A stretch of DNA of 64,000 bases from the NCBI RefSeq assembly GCF_964204645.1, contig NC_134027.1, positions 9,518,485 to 9,582,484 on the forward strand, read 5' to 3'. Below are positions 29,981 through 43,300 of this stretch, one piece after another. The notes under the pieces are model-generated. The model saw nothing but the letters and a program-made list of their open reading frames with translations. It made no database searches and was not told the origin of the DNA. How positions within the stretch are numbered: position 1 is the first letter of the stretch; every line of letters begins with the position of its first letter. A program made the position numbers and the translations under genes. The stretch comes from Tubulanus polymorphus. Lineage: Eukaryota > Animalia > Nemertea.

Positions 29981-32161
29981 TTCGTGCGTAGTTTATAATC
30001 TGACTTAGAATATCAGTGGCTAGATTTTGCCAATAATCAATGGTAAATCTTTTACAAAGTTAGAGTGCTTGTGTGAGTTGTTATACATAGAAAATGTCGC
30101 CATAATGAAGATTGTTAACTCAGTTAGGACTTGCGTCCCAGTGGGCTATTGCATTCACTTTTTCACTTGTCCATTGGTAGAATCTAGTTGTATTGGGAAA
30201 CTTTGAAGATGCTTTAATGGATTGTCTTGATACTTGATATTTGTTTTGTACATGTATCTACCCTAGGCACATTTGCAGCCCAAAAACTGGCCCAATCAGA
30301 CTTAGAAGATAGCTGATTACCCATTGTTGTTTGCTGAAATCAGCACAATTTCTAAAGTTTTAGATAATTTATTTCTTGATGTCTCATATCCCCCCAGGGC
30401 CCATGATCATTAGAAAAATCAGGTTGATCAGAATCAAGATGGCGGCTGTCTTATGACGCTTTTTGTGCCCAAGAAAAATTTTTTGCTGGAACATGGCATT
30501 AAGTTTCAAGCTCAATGATGACTGCATTTGTTCACCAAAGGGCGTTAGATATTATAATTGTCAGATTGTCAAGCATTTTATGAGTGGGCATAATTTCCCT
30601 GTACTCCTAGTTATTATTGGATTTAAGATTTTTATTTTAGTCATTGTTGAATGGATGGATGTTGAGATTTTTTTATTGAAATACATCTTTATATATCTTA
30701 CTATTCATATTGAGGTGCTTTAGGAAAACATGTGCTTCGCTCAAACCACAAATAGGCACCATTCTTTTTACCTCGTCTGAATTTTAGTCTGTCTGTATGT
30801 TCAAGGTTATTGAAATTGCTTTTGATTTTCAATGTTTGCAATAATTGGATATTTTGTGTAATTCCATGCAACACACTGTTCTTGCCCTTAGATGCAACAC
30901 AGGACAAAATCAAAATTTTGGGAATATCTGCGTGTTTGTATACCCATATATTTTACATCAGCATCTTATGTAAACTGCACTGATACTCAGTGTCGTGCCG
31001 TTTATGAAATTAATATTATTTCTTTTATCAATCCCATGTAAGAATGATCTATTTGTTTGAATTTTCTTGTCAATGATATTTGGTTTTGATAACTACAGTT
31101 GAACCTTGTTAATATGATGATGTTCTAAAGACGAAACCCATTTATTACAATGATATCCAGCATGTCTCAGCTAACATATTTATAACAATCCAGATTTCGA
31201 TCATACGAAAAACCATTTGATACGACCATTTCACTATAGCCCACAAGATTTGTATTAACGAGGTTCCACTGTATTTTCATGCGCTCTTAGTACTATTTCA
31301 TTTGTATGGTGTATTTTACAATAACCAGTTGGATTGCAGTATGATTTAGAAAGCTAATCGTATTCCACACTCCACATGCTAAAAGATGTCTAATGAGATT
31401 AAAACTGCATTTTGAAACATTGCAGAAGTGATTAATTGTAATAAACATATGACAATAAGCTTTTGGCTGCAGGTTTTCTGCTAGTTAATTGTCCTATAAC
31501 AGTAAAAATGTCAGGACATTAATTGTAAACATGAATGAATGGTATATGCCTGCAGTAAAATTTTCTGTGCATTGCAGTGAAAATGCTGTTGTAAAATTGG
31601 TGATCATATCATATGATAATAATCATCATGACGCGCTGCGATAAATTTTGTATGAAAAAGAAAAGTAGATTGTTAATATATACTTGAAAAACTGTAGTTT
31701 CATATCTTTTTGTCTGTTTAGTTTCGCAGCGTAATTGGAAATAACTGTGTTGCAAAAGATCTAAATGTTTCCAATCAACTGCCTTGCCCATTATCCAGTT
31801 CATTTTTAAAAGACAAAGACAGAAAACATTTTCCACTGCAACTGCAAATATTTGAAAACTAATGGCCAATGACTCGTGCCCGCTAAAACATTCATAGGAT
31901 AAAGATTATTCTCTGTATTTCTAGAAAACCGCCCTTGTAACGGAAAAACATCGCCTCAGATTTTAAGCTGTTCAGGTTCCTCTTAGAGCTGAAAATAGAT
32001 TGATCTTGGGTCAACTTCCCGAAGAAAGATACATCACTCAAAAGATGAACAGGTTGTGAATGTTTTAACTAACGTCTACATTTATTGGGTTATTGTCTTA
32101 GCATGCAGAAATTGATGATAGACATTATTTTATTGATAATGGATCGTTGAAAACGGCTTTT

Positions 32162-33125
32162 CTAAGAAACAACCATGCATTCGTAACCACCGCATTGGCG
32201 CTCGCAACATTTCTCGCCCGCTCCGCAGTCGGCGTCTTCAGAGCATGTGTTAGGATAATATTGGCAACTTCCGGTTACTCCTTTAAACCTTGGACACTTT
32301 GCAGGCTTACCCCTTTTTTCGGCTGCTTTCCCCTGGTTCCCTTGGTTTTTTGCGCACTATTCAAGTTAGAAAAAAGATGATATGAATAAAATGCAGATGA
32401 TATTCGTGACTTCAGTCAAACCTGCTTAATCCGGATCGGCTTAATCCGGATTTTGGTCTAATCCGGACATAATCCTTAGTCTATTTGTTCTTTAATATAC
32501 AAGAAAATTAATCTTAATCCCGATTTCCCTTAAACCGGATGAATTAATATGGTCCTCAAATGATTCGAATTAAGCGGGCTCTACTGTATATGTATAACAA
32601 AGATCGAAGTTGGGCAAGAAAATGAAAATCTCATATTCACCTGGCATTGATCCACGATAAGCACCACTAGCTGAAAATCAACAAGTTGAATTTGACATCA
32701 GTGTCGTTAACTCGTGCAGTAAGCTGCCATGGTTCATGATCAGATTCGTTCACAAAATGCTTTGGTATAAAGCCAGTTCGATGCTAAAGCTACCACTAAC
32801 CATTAGATTACTTTCTAGTACGTAGACTCCGAGTTTATACACCCATGTTTATATTAATCACCCCCCCCCCCCCCAATTCTAAGACGCTACAGGGACCGTA
32901 TTCACGAAGCACCCGTAAGCCTACGTGTCACTTAAGTCTGCCGGTAAATCTAGCAGGAATTTACGGACAGACTCGCTAGCTACCCGCATAGTAAGTTTGC
33001 ACGTAAGTTCGCCCGTAAATCTTACCTGCCACGCAACTTACGGGTACGGTGCTTCGTGAATACGGTCCCGGGCCTAAAACGTGTATGGTACTTACTGCGA
33101 GAACGATAATTGCTGATTTCAACAT
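32162..33125 (-). CDS. Secreted single-WAP (four-disulfide core) peptide precursor, copy 1, 84 aa
   Basis: Exons 33125-33096 (MLKSAIIVLA|gtaagt), 32670-32641 (ttttcag|LVVLIVDQCQ|gtgaat), 32356-32162 (atag|CAKNQGNQGKAAEKRGKPAKCPRFKGVTGSCQYYPNTCSEDADCGAGEKCCERQCGGYECMVVS*). Eight-Cys WAP pattern CP..C..C..D.DC....KCC...CG...C; TATAAA at ~33181-33186 and AATAAA ~30 nt after the stop. Confidence 0.9.
32413..32587. mobile_element. Tc1/mariner-like MITE in WAP intron 2 (also at ~34524-34697)
   Basis: CAGTCAAACC...CTCTACTG termini with repeated TAATCCGGA subunits. Confidence 0.6.
32892..33069. mobile_element. MITE in WAP intron 1 (also at ~34999-35176)
   Basis: 22-bp TIR GGGACCGTATTCACGAAGCACC ... 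GGTGCTTCGTGAATACGGTCCC with internal CGTAAG/CTTACG repeats. Confidence 0.8.
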
Positions 33126-34299
33126 TTTGCTTGCGTTTGAACTATCAAAGTTATGCTCAGTTGACGGCGTAAAAGTGTCGTTTATATTGCGTCTGGTCGT
33201 AATCAAAATTCATTACAACGATGATCACGCACGCGATTTCCTACTTGCGTTTTTTGAATCACAAATGAAGTAACACTGATTTTGCATATCTCGCACAAAA
33301 CGGCACCTGCCGCTAATTTCAACTTATTCTTATGATAATACAAGCTTTATTCATGTGCCATAAACCCGAGGGTAAGTACCGTCACTTAATTCACTATGAA
33401 TGAATATGAGGATTTTCTCGACACGCAATGATAAGCCTTTTAGAACACCCGTTACTTATTTGTGCGCGGAATCAAATTCGCAATTATTGTTGGCTTACTT
33501 AATTTTGTTAAATGATAAATTTAATTGCCAAAGAAATCTTTTCATGACAAAAAATCAAGTAGACGGGAAAAAGCAAACGAATGCTTTAAATAAAAGACAT
33601 TTCACGAGATTTAATCTTTTAAACAGCGTTTAATTTCTATAAAAAGAAAGACGCGGAGGTAATAAATAGGACCTTTAAAAAAGCGCATTGTTTTATAAAT
33701 ATATTTGAATTACAAAACATTTTGTCGGATGTGTCTCTTCTCGGAACATGATATTCATTTTCATCTACATTAGATTACAGCATTGACCTATGTATTATTT
33801 CATGGTAAGACTGGACCGTCAACCAACAGATGTTGTTTCAACACGAACATTTAGCATACCCTGATCCGTGTAATTGGAAATAACTGTGTTGCAAAAGATC
33901 TAAATGTTTCCAATCAACTGCCTTACCCATTATCCAGTTCATTTTTAAAAGACAAAGATAGAAAACATTTTCCACTGCAACTACAAATTTTAAAAAAGTA
34001 ACGGCCAATGACTCGTGCCCGCTAAAACCTTCATAGGATAAAGATTATTCTCTGTATTTCTAGAAAACCGCCCCTGTAACGGAAAAAATCGCCTCAGATT
34101 TTAAGCTGTTCAGGTTCCTCTAAGAGCTGAAAATAGATTGATCTTGGGTCAACTTACCGAAGAAAGATACGTCTCTCAAAAGATGAACAGGTGGTGAATA
34201 TTCTAACTAACGTCTACATTTATTGGGTTATTGTATTAGCATGCAGAAATTGATGATAGACATTATTTTATTGATAATGGATCGTTGAAAACGGCTTTT

Positions 34300-35232
34300 C
34301 TAAGAAACAACCATGCATTCGTAACCACCGCATTGGCGCTCGCAACATTTCTCGCCCGCTCCGCAGTCGGCGTCTTCAGAGCATGTGTTAGGATAATATT
34401 GACAACTTCCGGTTACTCCCTTAAACGATGGACACTTTGCAGGCTGGTTCCCTTGTTTTTTTGCGCACTATTCAAGTCAGAAAAAAGATGTTATGAATAA
34501 AATGCAGGTGATATTCGTGACTTCAGTCAAACATGCTTAATCCGGATCGGCTTAATCCGGATTTTGGTCTAATCCGGACATAATCCTTAGTCTATTTGTT
34601 CATTAATATACAAGAAAATTAATCTTAATCCCGATTTCCCTTAAACCGGATGAATTGATATGGTCCTCAAATGATTCGAATTAAGCGGGCTCTACTGTAT
34701 ATGTATAACAAAGATCGAAGTTGGAAAATCTCATATTCACCCGCGCATGGCATTGATCCACGATAAGCACCACTAGCTGAAAATCAACAAGTTGAATTTG
34801 ACATCAGTGTCGTTAACTCGTGCAGTAACCTGGCCATGGTTTCACGATCAGATTTGTTCACAAAAAGCTTTGGTATAAAGCCAGTTCGATGCTAAAGCTA
34901 CCACTAACCATTAGATTACTTTCTAGTACGTAGACTCCGAGTTTATACGCCCATGCTCATATTAATCACCCCCCCCCCCCCAATTCTAAGACGCTACAGG
35001 GACCGTATTCACGAAGCACCCGTAAGCCTACGTGTCACTTAAGTCTGCCCGTAAATCTAGCAGGAATTTACGGACAGACTCGCTAGCTACCCGCATAGTA
35101 AGTTTGCACGTAAGTTCGCCCGTAAATCTTACCTGCCACGCAACTTACGGGTACGGTGCTTCGTGAATACGGTCCCGGGCCTAAAACGTGTATGGTACTT
35201 ACTGCGAGAACGATAATTGCTGATTTCAACAT
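34300..35232 (-). CDS. Secreted single-WAP peptide precursor, copy 2, 77 aa
   Basis: Exons 35232-35203 (MLKSAIIVLA), 34776-34741 (LVVLIVDQCHAR), 34467-34300 (CAKKQGNQPAKCPSFKGVTGSCQYYPNTCSEDADCGAGEKCCERQCGGYECMVVS*); intact GT-AG sites, TATA and AATAAA. Confidence 0.88.
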
Positions 35233-36621
35233 TTCGCTTGCGTTTGATTGAATTATCAAATTTATGCTCAGTTGACGGCGTAAAAGTGTCGTTTATATTA
35301 CGTCTGGTCGTAATGAAAATTCATTACAACGATTATCACACACGCGATTTCCTACTTGCGTTTTTTGAATCACAAATGAAGTAACACTGATTTTGCATCT
35401 CGCACAAAACGGCACCTGCCGCTAATTTCAAATTATTCTTATGATAATACAATCTTTACTCATGTGCCATAAACCCGAGGGTAAGTACCGTCACTTAATT
35501 CACTATGAATAAATATAAGGATTTTCTCGACACGCAATGATAAGCCTTTAGAACACCCGTTACTTTGTCCTCGGAATCAAATTCGCAATTATTGTTGGCT
35601 TACTTAATTTTGTTTAATGATAAATTCAATTGCCAAAGAAATCTTTTCATGACAAAAAATCAAGTAGACTGGAAAAAGCAAACGAATGCTTTAAATAAAA
35701 GACATATTTCACGAGATTTAATTTTGAAGCTGTAGGTCAATTAAAAAGCGCTTAATTTCTATAAAAAGAAAGACGCGGATGTAATTCAAAGGACCTTTAA
35801 AAAAGCGCATAATTTTATTGATAGATTTTAATTACAAAACATTTTGTCGGATGTGTCTCTTCTCGGAACATGATATTCATTTTCATCTACATTAGATTAC
35901 AGCATTGACCTATGTATTATTTCATGGTAAGACAGGACCGTTAACCAACGGATGTTGTTTCAACACGAACATTTAGCATACCCTGATCCGGCGAATATTT
36001 TTTGCTTGAGTGTAGAATCCGGTTAATAGTTCCTACATTCATGTCAAGTTGTAGAGCTTATTGCTACCAACGAAACTATTAAGACCTATTTGAGGTATGC
36101 ACACCCAAAACTAAGGGAACTATCCCAAAAGATCGTGGACAATCAAAAATAAATAGACAGGGGTGGAGAGGGCAAAAGAGGCCCCAAGAAAATTCTGAAA
36201 GCCAAATTATGAAAACGTTATCTTTGTGCGCACACTCCTTTTCGGCAACCAGCATTATTTCCATAACCCAAGAATCTGATATCCCGGACTGAGTAAGCGC
36301 GGACTGCTGTTGCTGTGGTTATAAAAAAAAGAAAGAACAGGACACCAGGACATATACGTGAACTGATGTAAGGTAGTGATAATAATCTATTTCGTAGAAT
36401 AGCGTAGATAATTTAGTGTTTTATTGATTAAATTCAGCAATTCCTTGAGACTCGGACTGTAAGAAGTATACGAGCGGAGGTCTGCCACAATATGGTAGCT
36501 CTGACTTTGATATTGTCGGAGCTACCCATTTGTCCATTTCTCGTAAAAGCGGTCGCTAACGTGACGCCCCCTATTTTTCGTGCCTGCCATTGCATAAAAA
36601 GTCATCGCCAAAGACGCTAAA

Positions 36622-38916
36622 ATGAACACATTTTTGGCCCGCAGTTCCAATCTATCGCCGTGTTTGACGGCTTTAACTCAAGTTACGCCGTCGGTGATGA
36701 GACCGGCGATCGCGCCGGTGGTCTTGAAATCGAAAAATGTCGTCGTTCCACCAGCGCCCGAATGTCACACGAGCGATGCCTTGTCGACGAAGTTTGTGCC
36801 AACATCGAGAACTGGCGTCAAAGTTCAGTCGTTTACTTCAGGTGTGATTTGATTTATGGTGAACAGAATCTGTTAGTTAACTTGTTGTGGTTGATCGAGA
36901 GTGCTTAGACTGGTTTTCCCCAATTTGAATTTTATTTTGACTTGTATCCTCTATTATTATGATATTGTATCCTCTATTTCTTCCTCGTCTAGTCTATTAA
37001 TAGTAAATGACAAGTAAACGCTATTTATTTTATCATCAGATCTTGATTGATTTATGACGTGGAATCGCATCAGCTATTTTACATAATTTAAAAGATACAA
37101 TTATCCTGCGGGGTAGTTCGCAGCTCTTGACATTATTATTTTGTGTTGCAGTGCAGATTTTACGAATTGGGTTATCTCTCGTTGCTGCTTTGATAATCGA
37201 CAAGTATCGACATTGCTGTCAAAATTATAGTTGTAGTAGATCTCTTTTGAGCTGATAAGATCATCTATTTGATTTTTTGAACAACTTGATTGATGGTGCG
37301 TGGACAATTTTGACTTAGTATGACCGGGAGTTCTCAATACATCATCCAGAAATATTTGTTTCTACATAAGTTAGAAAAAGGGTCTGAGAGAGATTTGGGT
37401 TAGCATTAGAGTTAGGATTAACTTATGGGGTTAAGGTTTAGTTGAGGGCTATGACTAAGTAGCTTCGAACTTAACTGAAGAAAGGGTGTATGTGCAGGCT
37501 GGGAGAGTCTTGAACTCTTCGAGACTCTGCTGAAACGGTATCCTGCAGGTGGAGCATTCCAATCCCTGACTGTTCTAGCATAAGGATTGTCTGGTTATTT
37601 GACTGTAGGTAAAATAGCGTTTACAAGAATAATGCCAAATTGTCGAAATATCCGCTTCCAATTTTGCTCAGACCCTACTCTTACGATGAATCCGAAACAT
37701 ACCAACTTGCCAGACCTTCCCTCTCATGCATCAAGGCATTGTGAATCCTTTACACCAATTTATTAATGTAAGTTCATTCGTTTGTTTTTTTTTTTCTATA
37801 GGATCAATGCAGGTTCGATACGCGCACACTGATATCCAAGTACCAGACTTTTCAGCATACCGAAAAGAATCGACTATGGATCCGTCGCAACTGTCGAAAA
37901 AAACAGACACAGTTCGCAAAAGTTTTACTTACCTTGTGACAGCTGGAAGTAAGTCACGTTGATCGAGTTTTTTTTCGCTGACTGACGATGAATTTCAAAG
38001 TTTTAACGACGTATTCTTATTTTGTCGAATGTCGTTTATTTCAGGTCTCGGCGTCGCTGGACTGTATTCGGCGAAAACCGTCGCCCACGAATTCATTAGC
38101 ACGATGAGCGCTTCGGCGGACGTTCTGGCGATGGCGAAGATCGAAATCAAGCTGTCGGAGATCCCCGAGGGAAAGAGCGTCACGTTCAAATGGCGCGGCA
38201 AACCGTTGTTCATTCGACACCGTACGAGCGAGGATATCGAACGCGAGAACGCTGTCAATCTGTCCGAACTGCGACACCCGGAGCACGATAATGAACGAAC
38301 AAAGAATCCTGAGTGGTTGGTGCTGCTTGGAGTTTGTACACATTTAGGTATTTATCAGAATCAAGGTGTATCGATGTCATAACAGTTTCTATCTCTATTG
38401 AAAATGGCAGCACCTGTCAATCATTGTGAAGTATTAGCAACAATTATATTAGCAGCAGTATAGATGGGCTTGTGGTTGGTATGCAGGTTATACAACTCAC
38501 TGGGGTGGAATTTTTAAAAATATCAAAATTATCTCCAGTTGCATGGTCATGGCTTAGAATTAAGACAAGTCTAAGACCAACTTAGTTCTATAGCCAATCT
38601 AAGAACTTGACTGACTTATTAACACTTAAGATTTAAGACCACTTTTGGACCCAGGTGTTAAGTCAGTATTGAAAGGATTAAGCTAGAGAAATTATAAATT
38701 TACGCCTCCCAACAATAGAACACATAAACAGTATTTCTTTCCTTAATTACAGGTTGCGTGCCGATCGCCGATGCCGGAGATTTCGGCGGATACTACTGCC
38801 CGTGCCACGGATCGCATTACGACGGCTCGGGACGAATCAGAAAAGGACCGGCTCCGCTTAATCTCGAAGTGCCCGAGTACACATTCGTCGACGAAGACCT
38901 CCTCGTCGTCGGTTAA
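36622..38916 (+). CDS. UQCRFS1: Cytochrome b-c1 complex Rieske iron-sulfur subunit, 4 exons
   Basis: Exons 36622-36841, 37802-37948, 38045-38347, 38753-38916. [51 protein letters not shown] and [11 protein letters not shown] Rieske boxes, [10 protein letters not shown]. Confidence 0.98.
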
Positions 38917-40366
38917 TACATGTATAGTTAGGTGATTTTATTACTATTATTAATATCGATTAGGAAATTGTTTCTCGTATTTTACCAACAACTTATAAAC
39001 ACCAGAAGACCTGAAGAGCAGAAAATTTGGAGTCTGTTCACATTATTGGTTTGATTGTTTTCGTTGGTAGCCCTCTTTTGGAATTCTCATCTGCTCTTTG
39101 GGCTTTTAACCGATTCAGACTATTAACTGTAGATGTATTTTGGATTTTCGATGTCATGTACGCTGATTTTTGTGTGTAAAGTGTACGATAGGTTTTATAA
39201 TATAAATTATTCAGAGGAAAGATGTTCAATCATTGGTCGCGCAGTTTACTTCATGGCAACGCTCTAACGTGTACATTAAGTTTCAATAAATAATACTAAA
39301 ATAACAAATGCTTCTTGTTTTCATTAGAATTGGGCAAATTCTTATTTCTTGGTTTCTGTGGTAGAAAGGTCCAGATACTTACTTGTTTAGTTATCATTAA
39401 TTGAAATGCTTCATATGATGTCATTTTGAAATGTCTGCTGTTAACAGTTATTGGATATCAAGACTGGCTATAAGTAAATATGGACTCACAAAATCATTAT
39501 CCAAATAAACGAGGACAGGAAACTTAAAATGGCAGCATGTCAATCAACTGACCCAAAAGCCTGTCTGATACTTAAAACTCTATGTCAAACCATAAAGAAA
39601 CTAGATGAACAAATTTTCGTTGTGATAATTAATTCCGGCTGCCCAGCCTGGAATTCACTAACCTTTGAGAAAATCTATTAGTCCTGTGAGATCCGAAGTA
39701 AGTGGAGTTAACATTGTATAAAGCTCAAATCATAAATTCAAGGTAAAACATGTGTATTCGAGTGTAAAAAGTTTATTTTTTCCCATATTTACACAAAACA
39801 CTGCCAAATTCCAGTTGCTACTTCAATGCAGTTCATTTGGTTTACATAATGAGATTTGAAAATTACAAAAATATCTAGATCTGGACTTGGTCCCACACTT
39901 AAGTCCAGGCTAATGAACCATTATGACAGTACTGTAATATACCGTAAGATAGATCTAAAGAAATTAAAGCCCATTAGCAAGACTTAAGTCTCACTCGTAG
40001 AACCCATCTCTAGAGTTTTCCTAACCCAAACCGTTATCCAAACCGTTATCCACCCTATAATCCTTATTCTGATTTACATCCTTAGTATTAATTGATAAAG
40101 AAATCTGCTTTGGCAGACAGACTATATCTGCAAGGGTGTGACGCAAATGAAAATACCTTCTCCATAAAGAACTTGGCTTGCCTTTCAATCAGTCTTTAAA
40201 TACTCAGTGTCATATAATTACAGTATACACTAAAAGTTCGGGCATTTTTTGGAAAAATCCAATAACATTGTTATCAGCTCAAGTGTACGGAATTCTATAC
40301 AGTACATGTACCAGTATATTTGTTTAAATGCACTTTGAAACATCCAAATTCAACTTGCGGAACCTC

Positions 40367-43300
40367 TCAAAACTTGTCAACTAACGCGACAAGTTTATTT
40401 TGTTCAGCTTCTCGAGTCTCGGCATCGTTCGTTTCACCGATGTTACCAGCGTATTCTGAAAATGGAAAATTTTCAATTACCAGTAAAGGTATGAATACGA
40501 TGCTTCAAATACGGATGAATACCGGTGCGTCTGGAAAGATTTAAAGGTGCATTAACCATTTGAACCCTAAGCTCTGCTCCCTGGCCATTGAGCGCACCGA
40601 CCCTGCCAACAAGAACTAGAGAAAAATTTACCTCGCATAATATTACGAATAGCCTTCACTGATCCGCCCCTCATGTTCAAAATTTGCATCACTCTTTGTT
40701 TCACCTGAAAATGTAATGAAAGCTTGAATTTTGAAACAGAATTCTCTGTACTTGGGGGCCACCATTGGCGGTTGGGAATTTTTTTAGCCCAGTCGGTTCA
40801 AGTTCGGAAGTTCTAGTACCAGTCAATAACACATCATAATTTCACTTTTTGCAGCTTGCCCCAAGGGTCCATGGTTTTCAAAAGGCCCAGGCCATAACTA
40901 ATGCCCACTTCATGAAACTTAAGATGGCAATTGTACTTACAGTAGTTGCCCCTGATGCACAGACATCAAGCATTATGTAATCGACTAATTGTAACGTAAA
41001 AAGTCCAGCTTCCAATCGCTGCAGATAGTATCTATCTTGCTCTTCCTCATCATCATCTAAATCTTTACCATAACGTTTCAACTCCTTCAATAAGAATAAG
41101 TAAACAATTTCAAGTAAGTGCTGTGTGAATTTCCAGAGCGCAACAAACAGTTTTTGATAAAGACGTACATTTCTTTCCTTCTCTATCTGCTGGTCAACGA
41201 CACGAACTTTATCCAAATACTTGAAGTGCAATTCCATCAAGCGATCGACCTGATAAGAAATATCTAATATCATGAGCAAACAAACAAACAAACAAACCAT
41301 AATCCTTCTCCAAAGGAGAAATGAGATGTGACGCCTACTTTTTCGTGGTCGTTTTCAGTGAATTTGCTCAGCAGACGCTGACGTTGGCTTCCTTGACAAT
41401 TTTTTAGAAGATTCGCGATGACGGATGCTATGTGTTCTGAGAAAAATATGCGTAAAAACAACAATGTTACCAATAGAATATTCTGAACCACCTCACAGTG
41501 CATATACTGCCAAGCAGTACAAGCACTTCAACGACAGATTTACTCGTTTGAAATATGAACCACAAACCTTCCAACTCTTCCGATGAAGTGCCTTTCTTCG
41601 TTACTTTCGGTGTTTTCATAAATATCGGAAACACGCTTCGCAATCCGAGGATATCGATGAATTTCTGGCAGTTATCCGAGCCATCCGATCCGGTCATTGC
41701 GTGATCCAATACTTTTATCGCGCTGTGACGAGACATTTTCTTCTCCCTGTCGCAAAAAAAACAAATGCATCCTGTACATGATATTTCAATAATTGAAATA
41801 ATGTAGGAGTGCGAATAATCCACAATACTAAGAATCTTAATTTTGTGTATAATGCTTCATAATCTGACTATCAATCATTGGTAAGATCTAAGATCTATTC
41901 ACATCTGGAATGGAGAATCAATTGTTTTAAAAATACCTCAACATGAGTATCATCAGCTGCAGACCTTCGCCTTTCAGAAAACGGTCTTTATTTGACGACA
42001 ACATAAGAGAACTACACAAACAATTAAACAGATTTTCCATCAGCTCAACTTCCTCGCTATTTGCTGGATCGTGTTTTTTGTAGATCTGAAAAAAGTAATC
42101 GGTCACTCAAGAGGTTTCCAATAGTTGTAGGTTCTCTAAATCTGCAAATATTCAGCCCTCAGGCTTTTACTCACGGCCAATTGTTGGAGTAACACATCGA
42201 TACCATCCATCTCACCGAGAAGTTGTCGATTGTCTTCGTGATTTTGTAGAAGAATGGCCAAGATTTCTGAACAGTAAAGTTTATTCGCATCAAATGGCAT
42301 CTTTGCCTGAAAATTCAAATTTTCAAAACATTCATCAAATCATTAAACACACAATATATTCTGCATCAATCCAACTCTCTGATTTACACACACTTACCTT
42401 TATACGTTTTAAAATCCATTGCATCAGTCCAGCTTTTGCCGCCTCTGGACATAACTCTGGTCGAAATTCGGTTATATTTTCAATGACTCCTGCAAAGACA
42501 CAACGATATGATCACACGGATTATATACAGATGGTTACTACATGTACAATTATTGGTATTAATTACCCTCAGACAAGTCTCAGGATTCAAGCTATTTCAC
42601 ATATAAATTCATGATTGAGCTACAACTGAGCCCAAAAGCCCAAAACAATATTGTTATCAAGTACACTATTCTTCAGTCTATATACCGTATGTCTCATACC
42701 TAGAGTGTTATGAACTCCATCTGCCTCTTCCTTTATTGATTCATCAAGTCGATCCAGATTCTGCACAAGAACAGCCACCACTTGGCCCTCAAGCTGAAGA
42801 CAAAATTATAATTGAACACATCCTACTGTACCAGTCATTCAATTTACCAGAGATCTTAGACAATGATTAGTGAAGATTTATCTAAAGGCTGAATTCAATT
42901 TTTTTGCGTTTCCGCACCATATTGTTTTAGTAAAAATGCAAGGCATCAGAGACATCTCGGCAAGTTTTGATTGAACGCATACTAGTTTAAGACTAGCTAT
43001 TCCGAATTAAAAACTATATTACAAATTATCTTTATCAATTATCTACAACTTACGAGAGTGTCGACGAGAATGTCGGCGTCTTCTTCACTTTCGTTCAACG
43101 CGTCGACATCCGTCAACTCCTGGATCAAATCGATCACGCCGATCGAGATGTCGGTATTGTCGTGCCCGATCAACTGCATCAGCGAATGCACGGCGTTCAA
43201 ACTGACGAGGATGTGGTACAAATTGGGCATCGTCGCGATGACGTGCATCTCCTGAAGAATGTCGTTCAACTCCATTTCCGATTCCATAAACCTGTCGAAA

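Larger units (their letters stand above)
31731..35990. repeat. Head-to-tail tandem duplication: units 31731-33868 and 33870-35990 (~2.1 kb each, high identity)
   Basis: Both units begin GTAATTGGAAATAACTGTGTTGC, end TTTAGCATACCCTGATCCG and are colinear with scattered SNPs and small indels. Confidence 0.97.

Noticed and set aside
32147-32380. Plus-strand ORF MKTAFLRNN... (and its copy at 34285-34500)
   Set aside because: Starts at TTG and is the antisense shadow of the WAP exon on the minus strand.
38348-38752. U12-like branch motif TTCCTTAAT near the last Rieske acceptor
   Set aside because: The donor is GTATTTAT rather than RTATCCTT, and the motif is too close to the AG; treated as a U2 intron.
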